This document shows, in pieces, positions 12,910-25,398 of a stretch of DNA of 64,000 nt (its first letter is position 1; the number at the start of each line of letters is the position of its first letter). The translations under genes and the position numbers were made by a program. Below the pieces are notes generated by a model. The model ran no database searches, was not told the DNA's origin, and saw nothing but the letters and a program-made list of their open reading frames with translations. Origin of the DNA: Vicugna vicugna (lineage: Eukaryota); assembly GCA_013265495.1 (NCBI GenBank), contig MU060767.1:8803400-8867399 (forward strand). The letters are read 5' to 3'.

Positions 12910-13300
12910 TAATGGCTAGCAGTGAGGGATCTGGAGATGGACTGCCCTGGTTTAAACCCTGAATTCGGCAAACACTGTGTTACCTTGGCATGTTCTCTAA
13001 AGGATGGCAAGAAAAGGAAGATCTAGTGAAGCAAACAGAAAGTGATCAAAATATAATAAACTACTTACCTCACAGAGTTTTTTGCAAAGATTAAAGCACA
13101 TGATGCATGGAAAGTACATCAATTCTTGACACGTAGTAAACACTCAGTGTATGTTGGCTGGCATTATTGTGATCATTCAGTTATTATAACAATTGTGTAA
13201 AAACTGTATCATTCAACATCCTATACAGAAGAAAACTGAGAGAAAAAGACACTCATATAAGGTATGATCATGGCAAGATTAGACTCCTAATCTCTGTGAC
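12910..13300. mobile_element. Two MIR fragments in opposite orientation
   Basis: Plus: ggactgccctggtttaaaccctg..ctacttacctcacagagtt..cacgtagtaaacactcag. Minus: ctatacagaagaaaactgagag. Confidence 0.6.
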
Positions 13301-14574
13301 TCTGAAAGTCCTGCTTCTCCCAACATACTGGAAGTTTCCAAACTGTGTTCTGAGGTGTCCTGTTGGTCAGAGAAGGAACTTCAGGGATCCTTGGTGTATG
13401 GGATTCAGGAGGAGGTGTTGGGGGAATTCAAGAGAACTGGGAGAAAGAGGCTCTTGTTTCACTTACTCGACACTTCCATTTTCTCTGTTATGTAAATTAG
13501 ATTCCTGTATTCATTTCCAGTGAAAAGCACTCTGCTGCTAAGAATAAAAACAGCAGTATGATTTTGGAAACATTCACAATAAGCTATATACCCAAAGCCC
13601 TTCCTCATCTCCCACCATAATTATCAGGAGTTCAATTTGACTGTTTTGACAATATATCAGTGAGTTGTTGAATAGTGTTGAGGTTCTCAGATTTAAAAAG
13701 TAGAAGACCTTTTTCAGTTACATACACTGGGTTACTTCATAACTTCACTGAAGGAAGAATGCAACTCTCATCTTTGAATGTCTTGTTTTTAAGTATATGC
13801 TGTGCCCTGATTTAGACCCTGGTGGTTGAAACAGAGCAAACCTTTGTGAAAATTCAGCCCAACAGTGGCCCCCCTTGATTTCTCCCTGTTACCAATTAAC
13901 CAATCTGGAAATGATATCGAGTTGTTTTTGCAAAGCTTCTGAGAAAAAAATATAAATAGGCTAGATATATTCTTTTGTTTCAGTACCTATTCACAAGAAA
14001 TGAGAAACTGTTATACAGGTAAGTATATTGTTCCTTGTTCTCTCCAGTATAATATTCCTTGCACAATAAAGCTTTTTGTGATATATTTTATGTACAAGGT
14101 CTTCAGCTGCCCTTTGAGGTAGTTATTTTAATCTATATTTTGCAAGGTTAGAAAGTTTAAGTAGCTTACCCCCCAAATCAAAGGCTAATATGTGGGAGAC
14201 ATGGCATTTAAAACCTTCGCATCTTAGGGTCATTGCTAAGAATCTTTGTACTCTTTAAACAATTTTTTCCAGCACTCTCTCTATTTTCCCATATGTGATG
14301 GTACATGTATTTCAAACAACAGGAAAAACCAGTGTATTTATCCACTCCCTTAATTTGAAGTATTAACTATTAAGAATGTTTGTGTAGGTTCATTAAATTT
14401 TCTTAAATGTTAAGCCTCTGTCTCTCAATCCCAGGTGTTATGGTGTGTTGGGTAATGTGAGGGGCAACAGACACTACAAAGAGATACAGTCTATATTCCC
14501 AGCTCTGTGCAGCTGCTTTGCTTGCATTAAGATTCTATATCCATGTCAAAAACAAGCAAAGAAACAACCAAAAT

Positions 14575-14698
14575 AAAAAAAAGGAGAAGAAGGAGAAGAA
14601 AAGAAGAAGAAGAAGAAGAGGAAGAGGAAGAAGGAGAGGAGGAGGAGGAAGAGAAGGAGAAGAAGGAGAAGAAGGAGAAAGGAGAAGAAAGAAGAAGA
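14575..14698. repeat. Compound (GAA)n/(GGA)n purine trinucleotide repeat
   Basis: aggagaagaaggagaagaaaagaagaagaagaagaagaggaagaggaagaaggagaggaggaggagg...; it generates the low-complexity ORFs at 14518-14752. Confidence 0.95.
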
Positions 14699-14957
14699 AC
14701 CACCTTAGTGTGTATCTGTTGTATCTTCTTCAAATTCTGTGACCCACATTAGGGAAACATGCAAGTAAAGAGGTCGTCACAAAATTCTATGATGGAGATA
14801 ACAGAAATATTTAAAAGCTTTGTTGAAATAGGGAAAAAAGGAGTAACTACACAAGTACAGAAATAGACTCCTCGGAGGAGGTACCATTTGAAACAGGTCT
14901 TGAATTGTAGCAAGTATTTTCCAGAGAAGAAGAAAAGATGGGGATTCCAGGTGGAAG

Positions 14958-15418
14958 TTCAGGGGAGGAAAATTTTTTCCCTCTACCCTTCTTGATTCTT
15001 TTGGCTGGTCAAATAATGAAGTTGTGATAAGACAGATTAACAGAAGAAATTAATTTAATTATATACATAGGAATGTCTCAGAACAATGTGAAGCCCAAGG
15101 ACGAGTGAGGTGGTGGGGGCTTATTTACCACCCTGAGCTAAGGAACGGGACTGGGGCTTCAAAGGGGAGGAGGACAGCTCACAGGACAGTAAGAAGAGCA
15201 GGTGCCTGGTAACTAGATGGTTGTCCTGCCCTGCAGGTAGGTCCTTCAGATAAAATGTATCTCTGGCAAGAGCTCTCTCTCTGAGCCAGGCCCCCTATCT
15301 AAATTATTTTAGGTAGTTAAGTTTTTCTAGAGTCGGCTTTATATGGATTGCCTTCAGCTCAGAATAATCCACGTGCAAAAGTAACCCATTCTGGGGTCAC
15401 GTATTCTGTTCCCCTTCA
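14958..15418 (-). mobile_element. MER34/MER39-like ERV1 solo LTR
   Basis: Minus strand begins tgaaggggaacagaatacgtgaccccag..gattattctgagctgaaggcaat and ends gggtagagggaaaaaattttcctcccct; near-perfect 5-bp TSD ggaag (14953-14957) / ggagg (15419-15423). Confidence 0.8.
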
Positions 15419-16899
15419 GGAGGAAGAGCACAAACAAAAGGAGGTATGTGTTGCCATATTTTGCTGAGGAGCCCGTGAGCAATTCTGGAAGGAGAGATCG
15501 TGTGCCTGGAGGGAAGTGTGATAGGAGGTAATGCTGGAAACTTAGCTTGGAATCAGATTTTGAAGAGCCTTTAAATGCCAGGCTAAGATGTTTGTACTTC
15601 TTTCTGTAGGAAGCGGACAACTATCCTGGGGTTTTAAGCATGAGACTGCCATGATTAGATTGATTTGAAAAGATAAATCTGGCTCTGTGTGGAGGAAAGA
15701 CCAGAATAAAAAGAGACAAGAGGGAAGAGAAAAATGATCAAGTTCTCCTCATGAGAATAAAGTGCCATATTTATTGGGTGAAATATTGATTTATCTCCTT
15801 GAGTCCTATCTTGTAGCTCTCAACACTCGTGATAGTTTAAATGTGCATGCTGCTTTGAAAATGAAAGGCTTTTAGCTAGCTTGTTATGTGTCTTAATGAA
15901 ACAAAACCTAATTTATAAAACAAACAATCCTTAAAATACTTGAAAATGCAAGCACTTTGATGAGCCTGATGGATAAATTCATAAGTATAATTGTTGTACA
16001 GGAAACAAAAATTATTAATATCCGTAGAGGAGTTTCACAGACATGCTGTTCCCCACTTTAAGGATTGATCTGTGTGGGAGCTGTGATATAATTTGTCAGC
16101 AAGGCAAAGTTATCTGTGCAGTGCTGTGGGCCAAGGCTTCTCCTAAGTTAGTGGCCAGAGATGGGCAAGAGTGTCAAGAGCAGACTTCACATTTATGAAT
16201 TACAGGACCCATTGTACATCATACAACTGTGGTTCTAAAACAGAAGGAAACTTCAAGGAACCCACCTACTGTGAGGAGGTATGAGCACATGTTTACTGTG
16301 GACCAGCACGAAGAAGTGTGGGTGTTACTGCCGCTCAAAGGCTGATTCTTTGTCTGATCCACCACCTCCTGTCTCTTCATGCTTTGTGGGTCTGGGGCTT
16401 TATTCGCTTAGCTTTCTCCTTCCTTCTAATGTTTGTCTACTGCAGTGAAATTTTTGCTCTGTTCAGCCCAGTGTCACTATAATCATCCAGTGGCATATTG
16501 ATCATTTTCATCTGTCATATTTCATTTCTGGTATGAAACATCTTGCTTCCTCAGTGTTGACCCCTTTGGCTGTCCATCTGCTCTGTCCATTTTGAGCTAT
16601 TGGCACCTCTGACTTGGGCTTAACTACACGTCCTCTCACATCCATGCTCATCCTCTCTAATGGATTTTCCTTGCCATAAAGAAAAATAATGACTTTAAAA
16701 TGCAAAACTGTTTAAAATTATTAGATGTCATCTCATCAGTCATGTCATGAAGACAAAACCTCTTACCTTGGGTTTCCCTATCATAAATATATATCTCTCT
16801 GATCTCATTTTAGACCATTTAATGCTATGGTCTAAATGCTCTAGATGCCTTCTCTAAGATCCAGTTATGGGGATCCTCCGGTCACAGGGCCTTTGAACA

Positions 16900-17290
16900 T
16901 CACGTTTTCTGTCTTAAATAGTCTTTATTTTCTTATTCACTGAGACAAATCTCACTCATCCTTGAGATATTAATTGGAAATGATGATTTTTTTTTTTACT
17001 AAAAGCCCTTTATAATCTCCTGCAGGTGTTCAGAACTTCCCTTTACAGATTATTCTGACCATATATGCCTCTTTTTAGATGCAACAGGCTGTAATTTCTT
17101 GACATTTTATTTGGAAATTGTCTGTTTTCCCCACTAGGCTGTAAGTTTTACAAAGGTAGAGAGGAGGGTCTATTTCTGCTCTCTCATTATTTTTTCCCAT
17201 TTACCTACTCAGGGGCTAGCACAGAGTGTGGCATAAATTAAACACTCACTAAATCATCTTTCATTATTTTTAATGAAGAAAGGAATGAGT
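16900..17290 (+). mobile_element. L2 3' fragment
   Basis: ccccactaggctgtaagtttt..agggctagcacagagtgtggcataaattaaacactc. Confidence 0.6.
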
Positions 17291-17517
17291 GCTGGGCTAC
17301 TGGATTTGAAGTCTTGACTGTATTCTGGTTTTATAACCTACCAGTTGTGTGACTGTGATTAAGTAATTGATTTTTCTCTGATTTTCACTATCCTAAGATA
17401 TAAAATGAGAATATGGTATCAGTATTTAGTGTAAAAGACTGCTAGAGAATCAGAGGAAATGAACCAAGAGTAGAGGAAGAAACAACAATGTAACACCTGC
17501 AACATAGTAGTTAGTAA

Positions 17518-17870
17518 AGATCACAGCCCGGGTTCCCCAGCAGCAGATGATGAATGCAGCTTGGGGTACAAGATGTTTCCCAGGGGTCATTTTGTGTGAG
17601 AAGAAGGTGAGAGAAGCAGGACTGGCAGAGGGAGAAATCGAATTACAATGCCGGTAAAACCTCAGCCAATCCAGCGCTGTCCTGAAACGAACTCAAATGG
17701 CTTGATCTTTACACTCTGCCCTCCGCAGTGCCCGGGCGCAGGCGGCCCAGGAAGGGAGGGGGTTCCGTGAAGCAGCTCCAGGGAGCTGAGGCTGACCCTG
17801 CAGGGACTGGCCATGCTCTGGCTGCTGGGCAGCAAGCCCTTCCCTGAAGGAGAGTCTGTGCAGTGCACAC
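17518..17870. mobile_element. Old ERVL/MaLR-class LTR fragment (family uncertain)
   Basis: cccgggttccccagcagcaga..caagatgttt..agaagcaggactggcagagggagaaatcgaa..aaaacctcagccaatcc resembles ancient MLT1/LTR16-group consensi. Confidence 0.55.
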
Positions 17871-19439
17871 ACGTGTTTACGCTCTCACTCGGTGCTTTTA
17901 TCCATGGGGCAGGCAGTCAGCCCATCAGTCACTCTTTCATGAAGCGCTCAAATGGGCCGCCACAGCCCCTGCATCTTACAAGGGTTCAAAACGAGCAGTC
18001 AAGAACCTGGTATTAAACCTTTCCTGATCAATGAGACAAGCACACAGGAGACACAGACGGAAATGATGGATGCTGAGAAGAGGGAATTAGAGAGAAAAGT
18101 GTCGATTAATCTCAGGCTGGAGATCGCGCAGCATAGCGGGAAGTGAATGTGGGTCTCTTTTTGAGGCGACAGAGAAGTAAGCTCGACTTTACCACTTCCA
18201 GTGATTATTTACATTTACCAAGCACTTTTTACTTGTCTGCGTTTCTGAAATTTGAATAATGTGTAAATGAACTTGTTTAAAAGAAAGGGGGAAAAATACA
18301 GAACTCATGTTGATTTAAATTAATTTTACGATAAAATTATGTATACAATAAACATGAAACTCATTAGAAAATTCATAGGCTTATAGTTAACAAATTATAA
18401 AACCACAAATTTATAATTAAGTTCAAAAAACTTCACGTTAATAAAATGCACATTAACAAGCATGAGTTTTTCTTGACAGGTAATATTGTTTGAAATAAAG
18501 TCCCTGCTTGCCACGTGATCGCTATGGCACAGGTTCTTTTGCAACTGAAATTCAGTTCTACTCTGTGCGCCAAGGGAATCAAAACTGTGATCATTTTTCT
18601 CTATTCAAATTATTATAAAGTCACTGTCTCTATAGTGTGGTGTGATGTAATTTGACCTTCATTTGGCATGTGTGTATCACTCACATAGTAGAATTGACAC
18701 AATTCTTTTTTCATTGCTAACAATTAAAAAGGTGCTATTTGTTACTAATAATTTGATAAGCAGAAATACAAATATGAGTCCTGAAATCTTATGGAAGTAT
18801 TTTTTTTAAATAAATCGGTCATTCAGATTATCCATAAGACAGACATTAATGTTTTCTGTGTTCTTTTTCAAAATGAAAATAATTTTGGATGATTTTTTTG
18901 TAGTGTTTGCTTTAGATAGTATGGTATTCGTTTCTCATACCCATTCTCCCTTTCATCATTAGTTACAGAATCATACTTCTCAACTGGGCACGTTATTGCC
19001 CACATAATAGGGCACATTTTCCAATGTTTCTTGAAACTAGACGAGGCCGTGTGCCACCAAGAGAAGTATTACTGAAGGTTTGCTTTACAGTCATCAAGGG
19101 TATCCAAGAAGAAGATAATGTGTCTTTTTTTTTCTCTCTGCTCTGCCACCTAGTATAAAGCTCTGATGGCTGGTGTTCTGAAAAATATCACTGGAGCACT
19201 AGGAGTTATCTTGGATTGTAAGCGCAACAGGCATACAGCAGGGATACTGGAGTAGAAAGCTGAGATTTTCACGAACTCCCATGACCATGGAAGCTATCTT
19301 TATTTACATGAAAGACAAATGTAATTTTACTTTTCAGGTGCAAGATTCAGTTCTGATACATTTATGATATAGATTTGTTCAGCTTTCATCAAATTATCCA
19401 TGAAATTCCTCCAAATATCTGTTCTCTTCACTTATTCAC

Positions 19440-19690
19440 ATGGAAAATAGGCAAGAACCTATTATATAGAGGCAGGATCAAAAGCCTGGCTCAGCCATCT
19501 GTTAGCTGCATGACCTTGAGAAAACTGCTTGCTTTCCCTATGCATTAGTCTCCCAATCTGTAAAATGGGCATTAGAAATATCACAGCGGTGAGGCAGGGA
19601 TTATATACCACCATGCATATAAAAGGGTTGTCAGACCAGGTAGCATAGATTAAGCAAATAGTGACTTGAAATTGATGATGGTGGCAGTGA
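19440..19690 (-). mobile_element. MIR SINE
   Basis: Plus text ggatcaaaagcctggctcagccatctgttagctgcatgaccttgagaaaactgctt..atctgtaaaatgggcattagaaat matches the MIR core; orientation assignment uncertain. Confidence 0.55.
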
Positions 19691-22294
19691 TCTCTGCATA
19701 AACAGGGACAGTTACCTCTCATCACACTTTCCACCCAGCCCAAAGATGCACAAAATGTGAAAGGAACAAAGTCTGCAATCTTCCTAAAGATTTTCTAAAG
19801 AAATGCCCAAAACACTCTATACCTAGCTTGAAAGTAAGCAATTTGATGTTTTATTGACTTTTAATACATAACTATAATCTTTCCAATTGTACAAGAGAGG
19901 ATGCAGATTCCTATTTCAGAATATGATGTTTTGCACATAATTTCCCCCCTGAGAACACGTGTGTTATGAAGCTATCCAGTACATATGCTGCCGATGGCCT
20001 GGCATGTCCTTAACAAGCACGTGAGCCCCTCTCACTGCACCTTGAGGAATTTAGCATATGGTCCTCCACATCTCGGGATTGTCCAGAGTGCAATTCAGCA
20101 TGTATCTCTGTTCAAATGCAACCAATTAAACATTCGATGGCAAAATATTGCATCTAACAGAATTAGGATGTTATTTTATTTCATGGATTTGCATCTGTCC
20201 CTGATTATCATATGACCATCTCTTCCTGCCTGCCCCCCACCCCCCCAAAAACCTTGTCACTCATTCCTGCTGACAGCAGGTTTTAGAAGACAGACAGACT
20301 TCATTAGGCTTCTGATACACATCTGAAAGCAAAAACACATGGCAAAAGTCTACTGAATTTCAGCACTTTGCTGGTCTAGTCGCAAATGAGTATTCTAGCA
20401 TAGGCTAACTCAGAGTATTTACAACTTAACATACAGAGATGAGATGACTCCAGTTATGACCTCAAAATAGACAGGTGACAAATTAATCACTACAATGGTT
20501 ATAAAATTTTTAAGTAGGAGGTAAAGAGAGCTAGAGATTTTATATGTCTTAAAGTGCTGGATGCAGTGTTAAGTGATTCACGAATAAAATATTTCCCCTT
20601 TTACTATTTAAAACTGTGAGAGAGGCATTATTTTGCCAGCTTTGTGAGAAAGTTTCTTCAAGGCTCATTGCTAGTAATTGACCACAATCGCAAACCTAGT
20701 AAATGACTCAGGCGGAATTCAAATATGCGTTTATTTGACCTCAAAGTTCTTATTTCATGTATACCGTGCTGTTAAGTAGCAGTTGAGAGAAAATAAGACG
20801 ACTAAGCTGGTTTCATTATTTGTTACATTTAATGCAAAATTGTTATTAAAGTATTAGGTAGATGGCTCTTAAAGATCAGTCGTGTTGTAATTAATGGTTT
20901 ACCAAACGTTTTCTGAGACAGCTTCACAGGTAATTCTCAGAACAATGCTCCTGTGATGTTATCATCATCCTCAGTTATGGATGAAGAAACTGAGATGACA
21001 TCCTGATGGTACCTAGCACATCTGTTAGCAAATCTGTCAGCCTTCAAAAAGTCTCAGGACTAAGTAGTCTCCATGCCAGGAAGCTCATCTCATCAGATAT
21101 TGTCGGAAAGACTTCTTGCCATCTCGTCTTCCTAGGACTCTGTCGTCACCATGAAAAACATATGCCCCTGGTTAGATCACAGTCCCAGAAAGGTGAAGCT
21201 TCAGCTTGGAGACGGACCCAGCCAAACAGTCCAGATCCGCTGACCCTCACCTGACTGGCTGGCCCCGTCTAGATTCTAGCAGAAAAGTGAGTGGAAAGAA
21301 AAGAGAGTGTTTTAAACAACTTTAATAAGTGCATTTGTGTGTGTGTGTGTAGATTTCTGGCACTGGGCTAGAATTTCCTCTATTCAAAGGAATTTTAGTA
21401 TTTTGTGGGGAGAGGATACAGCATCTGATATTGCCACTTTCCAGAGGAAGTGCCTTTCTGGAGATAGAGGTGAATGTAGGCTTATGAGAGAAAAAATCAC
21501 ATCATGAAGCCAAGGCACTGAGTTGTCAAAAGGAGCCTTGCAAAACCTGTTCGTTGTTCCATTTACTAAGGGGAAAGCCACAGGCCACAGAGTTCAGGCC
21601 GCGATGATCAATTCCTTTAAAACAATGTCATCGTTTTTTCTTACAAAGTGTATTTAATCCCATTGTAAGCTAAGTAAAATCAAAAGTTGTTTTGTTATTA
21701 TAGTGCCTAATTACCTCCCCTCTTTTGCTTTTTGTGTTTTTAAAATGCATGCTTATACACATACCCGAAATAATCAATAATAAAAAAAGCAAGCCTCGTC
21801 CTCGGTAGCAGTCAGAAAGCCCTGATGAAACACAGCGGTATTTTAAAAGTCTCCTGCAAGCTTTTGTTGTTGTTAAAAGGCTTCAAGAAAATGGTATTTA
21901 AAATTTGTTTTCCCCTCAGCAAAGGAGTTGAAATGATTCAGACAGTTGTTATGTGCTGAATGCCTTTTTTGGGGGGTCTGGTCACTTTTCTGGGTGCTGG
22001 CAAAGGTGTGAAGACTTAGGTCTTCTCTGCCTCTGTGTTTTGTGATTTTGGGGTGGGGGGAGCTTGTCAACCACAGTAAGGCAAGTCTTGGATTTTACTA
22101 CTTCCAAGGAGTCAGCGTTGATGTAGCATACGAGGCCAAGGAGACTTGGCCTACGTGTGTGCTTGGACCAGTGGACGTGAGCGTCCAGTCATTCAACACC
22201 CCACGCTTGGAGAGTGAGACCTTCGTGTTCTCCTTTGGGCTGACTGGTTGGTTTTGGATCGCTCAGGATGCCCCTCCTCAGATGTCACAGGTGC

Positions 22295-22425
22295 CCCTGG
22301 CAGGTCCTGTGGAAGTGCTGGTGCTGGTTCAGGTTCGGGGAGGGGGGCTGAGGGTCTGCATTTCTAACACTCTTGGATGATGCCAAGTGTCCACAGGCCA
22401 CACTTGATAGCGTGGATTCAGGCCA
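22295..22425. mobile_element. MER5A-like fragment
   Basis: gttcaggttcggggaggggggctgagggtctgcatttctaaca..gatgatgcc..aggccacactt. Confidence 0.6.
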
Positions 22426-22633
22426 CCCCTGTCATTGAGAATTCAAGAGGCACGTTACGTGTTAGTGTTTCTGGCTATTGCTCCTGTTAACATGCTGTTT
22501 ATCCAAGAACCACCCATCAGACCGCTGTTACATACCAAGGACAGTGCGGCTGCAGAAACGCAGCAGGGGAGCAAAACCCCTGTCCTCCCAACACCGACCT
22601 GCTTCTGGGGACCGAGGAGAGAGGAAACTAGCA

Positions 22634-23110
22634 TGAAGGGCAGAGTAACGCCCACGTCTAGTCCTCGGAACATGTGAAGGTTACGTTTATGGTGAAGGGG
22701 AGTTAAGGTTGTATGTGGAGTTAAGTTTGTTAATCAGCTGACTCTAAGATTGGCAGATCAGCCTGGGTTATCTGGGCAGGCAGGTCCAGTGTAATCCCGA
22801 GGGTCCTTAAATATGGAATAAAAGAGGAGGAAGAGTCAAAGTCGGAATATGAGAAAGTCTCAACCAGTCATTACTGGCTTTGAGAATGAAAGAAGGGCCA
22901 TGAGCCAAGGGATTCAGGCATCCTTGAGAAGCTGGAAACAGTGAGGAAAAGGATATCCCCCCTAGGGCCTCCAGGAAGAGATTCTAGCCTTACCCTCATT
23001 TTAGTATAAAACCTATGTCAGATTTCTGACTTGTGGAATTATAAATTTGTGTTTTTTAAAGCCATTAAGTTTGTGGAAATTTGTTACAGCAGCCATAAAA
23101 AACTAATACA
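22634..23110 (+). mobile_element. MLT1D-like MaLR LTR
   Basis: gggccatgagccaagggattcaggca..gaagctggaaa..ctagggcctccaggaag; canonical end ttaagtttgtggaaatttgttacagcagccataaaaaactaataca. Confidence 0.85.
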
Positions 23111-23119
23111 ACAAGCAAA

Positions 23120-24310
23120 CAACCAGTTAAATAAAAAGTTCTCTTGTGATATGTTATAAGGAGAGGGAAAAATAGTAAAGCAGGATAGAAGGGAAGGAAG
23201 TTTGAGGACTGAAATTTTATACAGGACTTCCTAGAAAGTCATAATAAATAATATATTCTTAGATAATAAATTGAATGAGGAGGATTTAAGCAGGGTTAAA
23301 TGGAAGAAAGTGGATATACATGGGGGTGGCTGTAATTTTATATGGGGTTTTGGGGAAGTCATCTCTAATAGGATGGAGTTTGGGATGAAATCTCAAAGAT
23401 GGCAGAGAGCCATGCAGAGATCTGGGGAGCTGCTACCCGGAGGGCAGAGCCTGAGCTGGAAGCAGGCTTCAGGTGTTTAAGAGCTAGCAGGCTGACCAGG
23501 CAGACAGGGTGGAAGACCGGTAGGAAATGAGGTCCAAGAATCACAGAGGGGCTCAGCCGTGCAGCCAGAGGCCATTTTTAAGGCTTCGGGCTGTGAAATG
23601 TGGGAAAACATTAGAGAGCATTTAAGGAATGGAGATATGTTCTGAACTAAAATTTAAAAGGACCACTTTGGATGGTTTGTTAAAAGTAAGTTGCAGGGGG
23701 ATACATTTTGGGGGGAAAAAATGAGTTAAGAGGTCATTGCAGTGAGCCAGGGGAGAGATGGGAGTGGTGAGCTGGGATGGGAGTTGTGGCTGGGCGGGCG
23801 CTCAGAATCAGGCTACCATCCAAGGTAGAATATTCAGGACTTCTGGATGAATTTTGGGTGAATTTTTGAGAGGGGATGAATTTTGGAGGGGGAGGGATTT
23901 TCCTGAAATACTTAAACATTGGGCCTGAGCCGATGAGCCTTGCCACTTACAGAGCTGGGACATTCAGGAGGACCAGGTTTGGGGCTGGGCTCATCATTAG
24001 TTTTGTTTAAACCTGTTAAGTTTAAAATGTCTATGACACATCCAAGCGAAGTTGTTCCAAAGATAGTTGGATATAGCCTTCTGGATTTCAGGGGAGACGC
24101 TGGTGCTAGAGAAAGAAATTTGGGCATGGTTAGTATAGGGGTTTTTTTAGTTGTAGATTTGTTTTTTAAAATACAATATTGGTGAGATCTGCTAGCAGCA
24201 GTGGAGTAGTTAGTATAGCTGGAGAAGGGAAGGAGAAGGGATGAAGTCTGAGGACAGACGCAGTGGTAAGAAAATGCTGTTTTTGCTGACACTGTTAAAT
24301 TTCCTTCTAC
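23120..24310 (-). mobile_element. L2 LINE fragment (3' region plus decayed ORF2 tail)
   Basis: Antisense L2 motifs throughout; ORF 23912-24382 is a frameshifted relic of the L2 RT tail (compare YISSPDLSPELQ..LDISTWM..LKLN). Confidence 0.75.
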
Positions 24311-24319
24311 TGTACTCAG

Positions 24320-24590
24320 GAACACTAAATTTGCCCTGTCCTCCTTATAATTAAGATGGACCATTTGACTGAATTTGGCCAATGAAATGTGGCTGAAAGT
24401 GTTTTATGCCATTTACCACGTGCACCAACCATAAAACCCTGGTGTGGTCTTCCAGATTTTTCTCCTTCCATGGTGACCACATTCTGACTCATAGGACCAT
24501 GATGGGAATAGCTTTTATTGCATGAAATGTTTATGTTTGGAGATACGCTTTTTATTTGACAGCAGTCAGCTTACATTGTATAATACACTG
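24320..24590 (+). mobile_element. Old MLT1 LTR fragment
   Basis: atggaccatttgactgaatttggccaatgaaatgtggctgaaagtg is a typical MLT1H-J internal motif. Confidence 0.55.
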
Positions 24591-25308
24591 TTCCCCATAG
24601 GCCTTGCAGATGATTAAAAAGCAGAGAAGAAGGAAAGGTTAAAAGATTTCTGGGGAAGGAGACCACTGCTCAGGCAAAAGGGCCTGGAGGGCAGTATAGG
24701 GACTGTCTGTGTGCTTGAGTCTTGGAGTAAAAGAGACATTGAGATCTAAATCTGGGGGCGTTAAGACATAACCAGATTGTGGAGAGCTCTGAATGCCCAA
24801 AGAAGAAAGGCATCTGGGGACCTAGCCAGTTTTTGGTCAGGCAAGTGGAAAGATTAGAGCTAAAGTTTAGAAAGATTATCTTGGCATCAGCTTGAGAGAG
24901 AGATCAAAGGGAGTAAGAGCAGAAAAAAACAAAATCATTGGAATAACCAAAGAGCAAGTTAACAAATCAGGTGATGAGCAGTGGGGATGATATGATGATA
25001 AATGGAGCTGACATTCATTGAATGTTTGCCCTGTGCCTTGCTTAGTTCCCAGCACTTTAAAAGTGTTGTTTCATCTTTACAACATACCAGTGGGGCTAAT
25101 GCTAATATTTTTGATTCTATAGTGTATTTGAAATACGATATCCTGAAAGTTCCCGTGAGGTAGAACTGCAAAATTTAAGTAGCAGTAATTGAGTTTGACA
25201 ATTTTTACAAGATTTCATTAAAAAAAAAAAACCCTCATTGATGCTTACTCAATTTTGTGGTGAATATATATACATATATATATACACACTGAATATTCTA
25301 TGTGGCTT

Positions 25309-25398
25309 AATATATACACATATATGCTATATATACACATATATGCTATATATACACATATACGCTATATATACACATATATGCTATATATACATATG
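25309..25398. repeat. 19-bp minisatellite (TATATATACACATATATGC) x about 4.5
   Basis: Units at 25328-25346, 25347-25365 (one T>C) and 25366-25384, with partial units either side. Confidence 0.9.

Larger units (their letters stand above)
14430..15720 (-). mobile_element. L2 LINE remnant interrupted by a GAA/GGA repeat and the MER34-like LTR
   Basis: L2-like antisense motifs (cagacactacaaagagatacagtc; catttgaaacaggtcttgaa; gagcctttaaatgccaggctaagatgtttgtacttc) continue on both sides of the inserts. Confidence 0.6.

Noticed and set aside
14518-14752. Three overlapping ORFs rich in E/K/R/S
   Set aside because: They are translations of the GAA/GGA microsatellite.
16807-16839. Hairpin tttagaccat..atggtctaaa; similar 8-bp stems near 22134 and 40741
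   Set aside because: Stems are too short for a pre-miRNA and I recognise no mature miRNA sequence.
23912-24382. 156-aa ORF, the longest gap-free one
   Set aside because: Lies in an L2 remnant and is a frameshifted relic of its ORF2.
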